A DNA stretch of 35,114 nt, from NCBI GenBank assembly GCA_035288445.1, contig DATEAJ010000065.1, positions 1 through 35,114 of the forward strand, written 5' to 3'. Positions within the stretch are counted from its first letter, which is position 1; the number at the start of each line of letters is the position of its first letter. Positions 1 to 8,876 of this stretch are shown here, piece after piece. Below the pieces are notes generated by a model, which did no database searches, was not told where the DNA came from, and saw nothing but the letters and a program-made list of their open reading frames with translations. The stretch is from Nitrosopumilaceae archaeon (GTDB taxonomy: Archaea; Thermoproteota; Nitrososphaeria; Nitrososphaerales; Nitrosopumilaceae). The translations under genes and the position numbers were made by a program.

Positions 1-189
1 GAGCACTGTAAAACATTCATCAAAATCTGATCGCTAAAACTTTTTTACAACAATTGCATTCATTTTATCAAAAAACTTAAATCTCTAATAGAATTCACTT
101 GCTGAGGGTTCAAAATTCCGATAAAAAAAGCCAAACATGTACACAAGTTTGGTAAGCTCATCCTTGAAGATGGAACAGTTTTTGATGGG

Positions 190-1272
190 ATGGGTTTTGG
201 TTATTCAACTACTGTCTTTGGTGAAGCTGTATTCAATACTGGAATGGTAGGCTATACAGAAGCTTTGACAGATCCTTCTTACAGCGGACAAATTCTGACA
301 CTTACGTATCCTCTTATAGGAAATTACGGTGTGCCTGATCCATCAAAAAAGGACAAGGATGGAATTTCTGAATACTTTGAATCTGATAGAATTCAGGCAC
401 GTGGTCTTGTTGTACATAATCTTTCAATTACTGCAAATCACTGGAATCTTTCTCTTACACTTGACGAATGGCTGTACAATGAAAAAATTCCTGGAATATC
501 AGGAATAGATACAAGGGAACTAACTAAAAAACTCAGAATAAATGGCGTAATGATGGCAGCACTTGCAGTTTCTGAAAAAGAAATTGATGAAAATGATTTG
601 AAAAAGAAACTCGCTTCTGCACAAAAATACGTAAACGAAGAATTTATGAATGTTGTATCAACCAAAGAGCCGAGAGTTTACGGGACAGAATCCGAAGTAG
701 TCGTAGTTATTGATACTGGAGTAAAAAATGCAATTTTACGAAACATACGAAAAATTGGATACAAAGTAATTCAACTTCCTTGGAATGCTTCAATTGATAA
801 AATACTTTCATACAAACCAAAAGGTGTTGTATTAAGCAATGGACCTGGTGATCCTCAAAAATGTGCTGATACCATGAAGACGGCAAAAGAACTTTTAAAC
901 AAAAACATACCAACGCTTGGAATCTGTCTTGGGGCACAAATAATGGGGCTTGCATGTGGAGCAGATACATTTAAACTAAAATACGGACATCGAGGACAAA
1001 ATAAATCATGTATCAATTTAGATAACAATCAAGTTTATGTGACAAGTCAGAACCACGGATATGGAATAGATCCTGATTCATTGAAAAAATCAGACCTTAA
1101 ATTATGGTTTACTAATGTTGACGATCAAACTGTAGAAGGAATAAAACACAAAGAAAAAAAATTTATCGCGGTTCAATTTCATCCTGAAGCAACGCCTGGA
1201 CCTTTTGATTGCAAGTTTGTTTTTGAAGAGCTAAAGCGCCTTATGGAGGAGGAAAAAACTGCCAAAAGATGA
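190..1272 (+). CDS. carA: carbamoyl-phosphate synthase small (glutamine amidotransferase) subunit
   Basis: The 360-aa ORF has the CPSase small-chain N-domain (YTEALTDPSYSGQILTLTYPLIGNYGVP) and class-I GATase motifs (GICLGAQIMGL, NHGYG, QFHPEA). CarA-like sequence (KLILEDGTVFDG) continues upstream of the first ATG to at least nt 154. There is no in-frame ATG/GTG/TTG back to the TGA at 103-105, so the 5' end is uncertain. Confidence 0.93.
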   Translation: MGFGYSTTVFGEAVFNTGMVGYTEALTDPSYSGQILTLTYPLIGNYGVPDPSKKDKDGISEYFESDRIQARGLVVHNLSITANHWNLSLTLDEWLYNEKIPGISGIDTRELTKKLRINGVMMAALAVSEKEIDENDLKKKLASAQKYVNEEFMNVVSTKEPRVYGTESEVVVVIDTGVKNAILRNIRKIGYKVIQLPWNASIDKILSYKPKGVVLSNGPGDPQKCADTMKTAKELLNKNIPTLGICLGAQIMGLACGADTFKLKYGHRGQNKSCINLDNNQVYVTSQNHGYGIDPDSLKKSDLKLWFTNVDDQTVEGIKHKEKKFIAVQFHPEATPGPFDCKFVFEELKRLMEEEKTAKR

Positions 1273-4200
1273 ATCGCTAAAAAAGATTCTTGTTCTTGGA
1301 AGTGGGGCAATAAAAATCGGAGAAGCAGGCGAAAGTCGCTAAAACGACCGCAAATTCGACTACTCCGGTAGCCAATGCCTCAAAGCCATTCGAGAAGATG
1401 GGATCAAAAGTGTACTTATCAATCCGAATATCGCAACCATACAGACAGACACGAGGTTTGCAGATAAAGTATACTCTATCCCAGTGAATCCAGAATATGT
1501 TGAATCAATAATAGAATCAGAGCGTCCTGACGGTCTGATGCTTGGATTTGGTGGACAGACTGCACTTAACTGTGGAGTAAAACTCGAAGAATTTGGAATT
1601 CTAAAAAAATATGGTGTCAAAGTTCTTGGCACCCAAGTTGGAGGGATACACGCTGCAGAAGACAGACAACTTTTCAAGGATTCTATGATGGCATGTGGTG
1701 TTCCAGTACTGAAAAGTAAAACTGTTTACAACTTTGAAGAAGCAAAACAAATTGCAAAAGAACTTGGATATCCAGTAATTGTTCGAGTCGCATATACTTT
1801 AGGAGGAAAAGGAGGAGGTGTAGCACACAATGAAATCGAATTGTATGAAATAGTATCGCGTGGTCTAAATGCTAGTCTTGTTGGTCAAGTTTTAATTGAG
1901 GAATACATTGGTCACTGGAAACAAATAGAATATGAAGTGATGCGTGACTACCTTGGAAACAGTGTCATAGTATGCAACATGGAAAACGTACTTTCAATGA
2001 GGGTACATACAGGTGACAACATAGTTGTAGCTCCATCGCAAACACTTGATAATAACGAATATCATATGTTAAGATCAGCCGCGTTACGTGCAACACAACA
2101 TGTTGGAATTGTTGGAGAATGCAATATCCAGTTTGCACTTGATCCAGAATCTGAAAAATATGTAGCAATTGAGATGAATCCAAGGCTTTCACGTTCATCA
2201 GCGCTTGCAAGCAAAGCCACCGGATATCCAATTGCATACATGGCAGCAAAAATTGTAATGGGTCACTCTCTTCCAGAACTAGTTAATCGTATAACAAAGA
2301 CAACTACCGCATGCTTTGAACCTTCACTTGATTATATTGTATGCAAACATCCGCGATGGGATTTTACAAAGTTTGAACTTGCAAACCGCAGTCTTGGACC
2401 TACCATGAAATCTGTTGGAGAAGTGATGGCAGTAGGCAGATGCTTTGAGGAGTCTCTACAAAAATCAATTAGGATGTTAGAGATTGGAAACGATGGTCTT
2501 GTAGCAAACCGAGATAATGGCAAAGTCTATGATATTGAAGAAATTGAAAATAAACTTCAGAACACAGATGACCGAATTTTGTACTATGTTGCAGCTGCAT
2601 TGCGACAAGGCATGTCAGTTGAACAAATTTACAAACTTTCTGTAATAGATCCATGGTTTATTGAAAAAATCCGAAACATAGTAGAGATGGAAAAGAGTCT
2701 CAAAGACTCAAAGTTCACAACAAAATTGTTACGCGATTCAAAAAAGTTAGGATTTTCAGACAAGCAGATTGGAAGAATAATAAGTAAAGATGATCTTGAG
2801 ATAAGAAAAATTCGTAAAGATGCAGGGATCGTTCCAGCTGTAAAACAAATAGATACTCTTGCTGCCGAGTGGCCAGCAAAAACAAACTATCTGTATCTGA
2901 CATATGGCGGTGACACAAATGACTTTGAAGTACAATCAGATCAAGAAAAGATCATAGTTTTGGGTGCAGGTCCTTACAGGATAGGAAGTAGTGTAGAGTT
3001 TGATTGGGGAACTGTAAACATGGTTTGGGGGTTGCAAGAAAATGGTGTTAAAGAAGTTTCTGTAATTAACTGTAACCCAGAGACCGTATCAACTGATTAT
3101 GATATTTGTAACAGACTATACTTTGAAGAGCTAACACTTGAGAGAATACTTGACATTGCTGATTTTGAAAAACCAACTGGAATAGTTACTGCAGTAGGAG
3201 GACAAACAGCAAATAATCTCACCCCAAAACTTGCCAAAAATGGAGTCAAGATAATCGGTACATCGTTTGAAAACATCGACAGGGCAGAAAACCGTTCAAA
3301 ATTCAGTCAGGTTCTAGACGAGTTGCATATAATGCAGCCACTCTGGCAGGCATTCATAAAACTAGCTGATGCTAAAAAGTTTGCAAACAATGTAGGCTTT
3401 CCTGTATTGGTTAGGCCATCGTATGTACTAAGCGGCGCTGCAATGAAAGTTGTGTGGTCACAAACGCAACTAAAAAAATACTTGGAAGAAGCAACAAACG
3501 TATCACCAGATTATCCTGTTGTTATTACAAAATTCATGCTTAACTCACTTGAAGTTGAAGTAGATGGTGTCTGCGATGGAAAAAATGTAGTAATTGGAGC
3601 AGTAATTGAACACATAGAAAGTGCCGGAGTACACTCTGGTGACTCGATGATGTGCATTCCTCCATGGAGATTAAGCAACAAAGTAATTGAAACCATAACT
3701 GATTATACAACAAAAATTGCTACGGCATTTTCAATAAAAGGTCCATTTAATTTGCAATTCCTAATTAATTCTGATCAAGTCTATGTAATAGAATTAAACA
3801 TACGAGCATCTCGTTCCATGCCTTTCGTTTCAAAATTTGTAAAGCTGAATCTGATCGATTTAGCTGCACGCGCAGTTCTTGGAAAAACATTACCAAAGAT
3901 ACCAAAAGACAGATGGCGCAAAATTCATTCCTATGGAATTAAAGTGCCACAGTTCTCATTTATGCAACTAGAAGGCGCTGACATAATCTTAGGAGTTGAA
4001 ATGCAGTCTACAGGAGAGGCTGCATGTTTTGGTGACAGCTTCTATGATGCACTCTCAAAAGGTCTGATATCTGTAGGATATTCATTGCCAAAAGAAGGCA
4101 ATGCTCTCATAACTGCTGGGGGTGCAGAAAACAAGGAAAAACTACTTCAAACCGCAGTATTACTAAAAAATCTTGGATACAAGATACTTGCAACCGAACA

Positions 4201-4525
4201 CACTGCAGAGTTTTTGTCTGATAAAAGAATAGGAAATGTTGAAGTCGTCTACAAAATCAGCGAACCACAAAGAAAACCAAACATTGCCGATTTACTTTAC
4301 GAACACAAGATAAACTTCATTGTAAACGTTCCAAGTACTGCAACTTTAGAAAAGTACGTTGGAATGCTTTATGATGAATACCAAATACGAAGAAAGGCAG
4401 TGGAACTTGGTATCCCAGTGCTTACCACTACCGAATTGGCAGATTCATTTGCAAAAACACTTGAATGGTTGCTACACAATGAAACTACAAAAAAACCTCT
4501 TGAACCATACGAATCAATCAATTAG
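1259..4525 (+). CDS. carB: carbamoyl-phosphate synthase large subunit, interrupted near the N-terminus (the uninterrupted ORF is 1484..4525)
   Basis: The 1013-aa ORF has two ATP-grasp halves and an MGS-like C-terminal domain typical of CarB. The same frame read upstream gives (L)PKDESLKKILVLGSGAIKIGEAGE then SR*NDRK then FDYSGSQCLKAIREDGIKSVLINPNIATIQTD, which is the canonical CarB N-terminus with a 7-codon insert containing TAA (1340-1342). CTG at 1259 sits where homologues have the Met of MPK. Confidence 0.9.
1334..1354 (+). other. 21-nt in-frame intervening sequence inside carB (agtcgctaaaacgaccgcaaa), candidate mini-intron or bypass element
   Basis: The insert lies between the E and F codons of the conserved EFDYSG motif. 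It contains TAA at 1340-1342. It forms a hairpin (1335-1338 pairs with 1345-1348) stacked on 1329-1331:1349-1351, with a 3-nt AAA bulge at 1332-1334. Because of the flanking A residues, the registers 1332-1352 and 1333-1353 are equivalent. Confidence 0.6.
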
Positions 4526-5265
4526 ATTACACTTTCAAGTAAAGACTCGTTTCCGATTATAGAACCGTCAAGAGTTACAATTTTTGCTGAATAGGATTCT
4601 TTTATTCGCTCAATTATTGGCGAAATCGATTTTTTGTATCTTTTGTGACTCGCATAAAAATATTTGTTAAAAGTAGGTACAATTATAATTTCAATCTCTC
4701 CTTGTAAAGATGGAAAAATCTTTCTTTTTTCTGTCTTCATTGAAACCCAAACCCTTTGACCGTCTAATACTGAACCTTCACTAAAAAAAACAGGATGTAC
4801 GTGTCCCATAATTATCTTATTTACATGCGAAAGATTTTCAGAGGGCATAGTATGACCATGGGTTAAAAGTACATCTTCTATGACAATTCCTGATGAACTT
4901 GTTAGTCTGACATTATCAGGCAAGAGTTTTTGTATACTTCCATCATGGTTTCCAGGAATTAGAATAGTATCAATTTCTTTTGCAATCTCAAAAAATAATG
5001 GAACTGCTTGCCATTCTATTTTTGATATTGAATCTATGCCTGATTTTATGTCGCCTAAGAGTATCAGCGAATCAGGTCTTTCAGATTTTATTATTGTTCT
5101 AAGTTCGTCTAATGACTCGTAAATAATTGTGGTTGGTTCAACGAATATGTCATTTGCAGCAAGGGTGTTTTCAAATCCAATATGTAAATCAGTAACAACA
5201 AGATAACGGTGTGTATCTTCTAACATTAGAGCAGGATGAGATTGAATGATTCTGGTTTTAAGCAT
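4522..5265 (-). CDS. calcineurin-like metallophosphoesterase (archaeal MJ0037-like family)
   Basis: The 247-aa ORF carries the metallophosphoesterase motifs DLHIG, GDIKSG, GNHD, THGH and MGHVHP. It converges on carB with a 4-nt overlap. Confidence 0.75.
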   Translation of the reverse strand: MLKTRIIQSHPALMLEDTHRYLVVTDLHIGFENTLAANDIFVEPTTIIYESLDELRTIIKSERPDSLILLGDIKSGIDSISKIEWQAVPLFFEIAKEIDTILIPGNHDGSIQKLLPDNVRLTSSSGIVIEDVLLTHGHTMPSENLSHVNKIIMGHVHPVFFSEGSVLDGQRVWVSMKTEKRKIFPSLQGEIEIIIVPTFNKYFYASHKRYKKSISPIIERIKESYSAKIVTLDGSIIGNESLLESVI

Positions 5266-5427
5266 TGATAAACGTGTAGTCTTGAGCTATTCCTTAATTT
5301 TAGGCAATTGAATAAGAAACGTTGTACTTTTGTCACCCGTATCTTTATACATATGTAATTCCATAGTTGCGCTTTAATGTTATGACATCTTAGCAATCCA
5401 AAACCCGTTCCAATCTGCCTGTGCAAT

Positions 5428-5436
5428 TTTTTATAT
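5428..5436 (+). promoter_or_regulatory. TATA-box-like element for the SWIM gene (leaderless geometry)
   Basis: The element tttttatat is centred about 25 nt upstream of the ATG at 5457. Confidence 0.4.
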
Positions 5437-5456
5437 GATGAAGTGCTCGTGTTCAC

Positions 5457-5759
5457 ATGAAAAAAAATATTGACAATTTGGATGCAGTGATATCTGGGAA
5501 AGGTGTAAAACTACATTATTTTGAACCCAGTCAACGTAAAATATGGACAGTTGTAGGAAAAGAAAACGAACACTGGCTTGATCCGGAACTAGGCTTTTGT
5601 TCTTGTGAAGATTATTTTTTTAATACACTAAATGGAGGCAACGAATGTTATCATCTCAAATCTGTAAGAATTGCTAAAGAACAAAACAAAGCTGAAGTTA
5701 TACGATTCTCAGACGATGAATTTGCAAATTTTGTATCAGCATTGATCTCCGATCTTTAA
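5457..5759 (+). CDS. SWIM-type zinc-finger protein (function unknown)
   Basis: The 100-aa ORF has a CxC...CxH pattern (GFCSCEDYFF ... NECYHL). A TATA-like box lies about 25 nt upstream of the ATG. Confidence 0.6.
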   Translation: MKKNIDNLDAVISGKGVKLHYFEPSQRKIWTVVGKENEHWLDPELGFCSCEDYFFNTLNGGNECYHLKSVRIAKEQNKAEVIRFSDDEFANFVSALISDL

Positions 5760-5761
5760 AT

Positions 5762-6061
5762 TTATTTCAGTTTTATTTGTAATATGTCTTCTTTGGAGAC
5801 TCCCTTCCATAACCCTGTCACTCCTTCAGGGATTACTTGTTCTACTTTTGTTATCTTCTGAATCTTGATATGATCCGGATTTGGTGGCATCCAAAGCATA
5901 GCCATGTAATCTCCTACGTCTCCAACTTTATCTGGTCGTGCAGATGTGATCTTATCTTTTGAAAAACCATTTGATACTAGTGCGTTTATTGCAACAGGTT
6001 CAAGATCCATTCTGCCATGAACAAAAAGATAGACTTGTTTTTGTTTATCTATTTGGCTCAT
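5762..6061 (-). CDS. hypothetical protein
   Basis: This 99-aa ORF fills the gap between flanking genes. I recognise no motif. Confidence 0.5.
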   Translation of the reverse strand: MSQIDKQKQVYLFVHGRMDLEPVAINALVSNGFSKDKITSARPDKVGDVGDYMAMLWMPPNPDHIKIQKITKVEQVIPEGVTGLWKGVSKEDILQIKLK

Positions 6062-6112
6062 CTGTCATGATTATAATGTAGTGTTAATCAACATTTCTAA
6101 AACCAATCTTGG

Positions 6113-6120
6113 ATTATATA
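6113..6120 (+). promoter_or_regulatory. TATA-box-like element for purD
   Basis: The element attatata is centred about 27 nt upstream of the TTG at 6143. Confidence 0.4.
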
Positions 6121-6142
6121 CTAGATGAGAAAAGATTGATTA

Positions 6143-7405
6143 TTGACTGATGTTTTAGTTGTTGGTTCTGGCGGAAGAGAACACGCTCTTGGTTGGAAGC
6201 TCTCACAAAGCAAAAAAATTGGCAAAGTATATTTTGCGCCTGGTAACGGAGGCACCATCAATAATGTGGAAATAGCAGTTGATGACATTGATGGTCTTGC
6301 AAAATTTGCCTCTGAAAAAAATTGTTTGACTGTAGTAGGCCCAGAAGTCCCTCTGTCTTTAGGAATAGTTGATACGTTTACACAAAAAGGGCTGAGAATA
6401 TTTGGACCAACCAAAGCAGCCGCACAGCTTGAATCAAGTAAAGTTTGGGCAAAAAACTTTATGAAAAGAAATGGCATTCTCACAGCACAATTTGAAATCT
6501 TTGATGATGCAAAAGAAGCTAAAGAATATGCAAAATCAATTGATTATTCACTTGTAGTAAAAGCGGATGGTCTTGCAGCGGGAAAAGGTGTCATCGTCTG
6601 TAACAATACTTCAGAAGTAATTGATGCAATAGATGAAATGTTAATTAAAAATAGCTTTGGTGAAGCAGGTTCTAAAATAATTTTAGAAGAACGAATCGAT
6701 GGAATAGAGGCATCATACATTGCACTTTCAGATGGAAACATAGCAATTCCTATGGCTACAAGTCAAGATCATAAGAGAATCTATGATGATGATAAAGGAC
6801 CAAATACTGGTGGAATGGGTGCATATTCACCTACTCCTGTAATTAGCTCCTATCTAGAGGAAATAATTCAGAAAGATGTGATTGATAAAACAGTTGATTC
6901 GATGAAAAAAGAAGGTAACCAATTCAAGGGATTTTTGTATGCCGGAATAATGTTAAAAGATGGAAAACCATATGTTTTAGAATTTAATGCAAGAATGGGT
7001 GATCCAGAATGCCAACCAATTATGATGCGTATGGAATCTGATCTGTATGATTACATTGATGCAAGTATAGGTGGCACTCTCTCAAAATTACCTTCAATAT
7101 CATGGAAGAAACAAAGTGCCGTCTGTGTTGTTCTTGCATCAAAAGGATATCCTGGATTATATCCAAAAAATGAAGAAATTTCCGGTCTTGATTTACAAGA
7201 TAAAAACTCGTTTGTTTTTCATGCAGGAACAAAACGCGAGAATGACAAAATACTCACGAATGGGGGAAGGGTTCTTGGGGTTACAGCGTTGGGTGATACA
7301 CTGGATTCCGCAATTTCTAACGCCTATTCCAGAATTGAAAAAATTTCTTGGCAAAACAAATACTTTAGAAAAGACATTGGTAAAAAGGGCTTACTTGCCT
7401 TTTGA
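6143..7405 (+). CDS. purD: phosphoribosylamine-glycine ligase
   Basis: The 420-aa ORF has GSGGREHALGWKL at the N-terminus and an ATP-grasp core (DDKGPNTGGMGAYSP, LEFNARMGDPE). The TTG at 6143 is the only possible start, because a TGA lies in frame at 6137-6139. Confidence 0.93.
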   Translation: MTDVLVVGSGGREHALGWKLSQSKKIGKVYFAPGNGGTINNVEIAVDDIDGLAKFASEKNCLTVVGPEVPLSLGIVDTFTQKGLRIFGPTKAAAQLESSKVWAKNFMKRNGILTAQFEIFDDAKEAKEYAKSIDYSLVVKADGLAAGKGVIVCNNTSEVIDAIDEMLIKNSFGEAGSKIILEERIDGIEASYIALSDGNIAIPMATSQDHKRIYDDDKGPNTGGMGAYSPTPVISSYLEEIIQKDVIDKTVDSMKKEGNQFKGFLYAGIMLKDGKPYVLEFNARMGDPECQPIMMRMESDLYDYIDASIGGTLSKLPSISWKKQSAVCVVLASKGYPGLYPKNEEISGLDLQDKNSFVFHAGTKRENDKILTNGGRVLGVTALGDTLDSAISNAYSRIEKISWQNKYFRKDIGKKGLLAF

Positions 7406-7954
7406 CATAATAACTCCGTCTTCTGTAACCATGCAATCAATTCTAACATCATGGTCTGAGTATGGAAATGATTTGATAATCTGTTTTGAATAACTCAAAG
7501 CAATCGTCTTTGGTTTTTTAGCTGAAAGATATCTATCATAATATCCAAAACCATAGCCAAGTCTGTGACCCACTCTTGTAAGTGCTATTGCAGGAACTAT
7601 GATGACCTCGATTTTTTTTACATCTTCGCAATAATCTTTTGGTTCCATAACAGAAAAGTTTCCCTGTTCAAGATCAGAAAGACTATTTATTTTTTTGAAT
7701 ACAATATCTTTTTTAACAACTTTTGGCAGTGATACTTCTTTTCCAGATTTTAATACTTCTTGTAATATGTCCTGTGTCCTTACTTCACTTCCTATCGAAT
7801 AATATGCCCCTATACTTTTTGCATTTCTAAAAAATTCTATTTTTCTTAGATTATCCTGTATCTGTTTGCTTGTTATGTTGATAAAGTCTAATGATAAAGA
7901 ATCTCTTGCATCCAAAAGTTGCTTTCGCAACCTTGCTTTTTCAACCTGAGACAA
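7391..7954 (-). CDS. 5-formyltetrahydrofolate cyclo-ligase
   Basis: The 187-aa ORF has the family signature VPAIALTRVGHRLGYGFGYYDRYL. It lies immediately downstream of folD with a 14-nt overlap. Confidence 0.85.
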   Translation of the reverse strand: MSQVEKARLRKQLLDARDSLSLDFINITSKQIQDNLRKIEFFRNAKSIGAYYSIGSEVRTQDILQEVLKSGKEVSLPKVVKKDIVFKKINSLSDLEQGNFSVMEPKDYCEDVKKIEVIIVPAIALTRVGHRLGYGFGYYDRYLSAKKPKTIALSYSKQIIKSFPYSDHDVRIDCMVTEDGVIMSKGK

Positions 7955-8807
7955 AGCCTTTACTTATTGAAGCTGCAGCGACTGTATTTTTTAAAAGCAT
8001 TGCAACTGTCATAGGACCAACTCCACCTGGTACCGGTGTAGCAAACGATGCTTTTTTTACTATTTCTTCATAATCAGTATCTCCAACAATCTTTCCATTT
8101 TGTCTACTTATGCCAACATCGATAACAACTGCCTCCTCTTTTATCATGTCTGCAGTAAGAACGAACTTGGTTCTATCCCCTATGGCCGTAATCAAAATAT
8201 CTGCATTCTTGCAGTGTTCTTTGAGATTTTTTGTCTTAGAATGACATGTAGTAACGGTAGCATTTTTTTCAAGTAAAAGGTGGTATAACGGCTTACCAAC
8301 TAGATTGCTTCGGTTAATTATTACTACATGTTTTCCTGTCAAATCTATCTTGTAATAATCAAACATTTCCATTATTCCTGATGGTGTGCATGGTTTTAGG
8401 ATGGCCTTTCCCGACGACAAGAGACCGACGCTATATGGAGTTAAACCATCGACATCTTTTATTGGAGAAATTCTTGATGTCGTTGAAAACTCGTCTAGTT
8501 GTTTTGGTAATGGTAGTTGAATTAGAATCCCATGAACTGAATCATCTTTATTTAATAAATCAACAAGTGAATTCATTTCTTGTTGTGAAAATGACTCTGG
8601 AAGTTTGTGATCCTTTGTTATAATACCGACATCAGCACATGCCTTTTGCTTGTTTTTGACATATGTAGCAGATGCTAGATTCTCACCAACAAGAATGGTG
8701 GCAAGGCATGGTGTAATATCTTCTGATTTCAGTTCTTGTACCGCTTTTCTCACTCTTTCTTTTACGGCATTGGCAACTGTAATGCCGTCTATTTTTTGTC
8801 CTGTCAC
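7941..8807 (-). CDS. folD: bifunctional methylenetetrahydrofolate dehydrogenase / methenyl-THF cyclohydrolase
   Basis: The 288-aa ORF has the motifs YVKNKQKAC, HGILIQLPLP and TPVPGGVGPMTVAMLL. It uses a GTG start. Confidence 0.92.
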   Translation of the reverse strand: MTGQKIDGITVANAVKERVRKAVQELKSEDITPCLATILVGENLASATYVKNKQKACADVGIITKDHKLPESFSQQEMNSLVDLLNKDDSVHGILIQLPLPKQLDEFSTTSRISPIKDVDGLTPYSVGLLSSGKAILKPCTPSGIMEMFDYYKIDLTGKHVVIINRSNLVGKPLYHLLLEKNATVTTCHSKTKNLKEHCKNADILITAIGDRTKFVLTADMIKEEAVVIDVGISRQNGKIVGDTDYEEIVKKASFATPVPGGVGPMTVAMLLKNTVAAASISKGFVSG

Positions 8808-8876
8808 AAGCTTGGATACTGTGTAGGATATTTAATCTTTGGAGTATTCTTAATTATGTATAAGGAGATATGATCT

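Noticed and set aside
1-30. A possible 3' end of an upstream + strand gene (EHCKTFIKI*, followed by a T6 run), or a minus-strand ATG at 20 leaving the window.
   Set aside because: Ten codons or fewer are visible, so neither reading can be supported.
31-40. The 10-mer tcgctaaaac at 31-40 is identical to 1336-1345 inside the carB insert, and caaaaNNtga(a)tcgctaaaa recurs at 21-39 and 1263-1282.
   Set aside because: The strings are short, A-rich and were found post hoc, so a chance match in 35 kb of AT-rich DNA is plausible. This is not enough to claim a repeat family or mobile origin. It is mentioned only as context for the carB finding.
1360-1677. A 105-aa minus-strand ORF lies across the carB N-terminal region.
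   Set aside because: The + strand frame here encodes textbook CarB sequence (FDYSGSQCLKAIREDG...), so the minus ORF is a shadow.
4522-4525. Convergent gene pairs overlap by 4-15 nt: carB/phosphoesterase, purD/cyclo-ligase at 7391-7405, cupin/purN at 9767-9770, membrane/YkgJ at 11661-11668, and small protein/citrate synthase at 30073-30076.
   Set aside because: This is consistent with general genome compaction in streamlined marine archaea. It is not evidence of antisense regulation on its own.
7071-7493. A 140-aa + strand ORF overlaps the 3' part of purD and the end of the cyclo-ligase gene.
   Set aside because: It is out of frame within purD, whose own frame shows clear homology to the end. 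It has no recognisable motifs.
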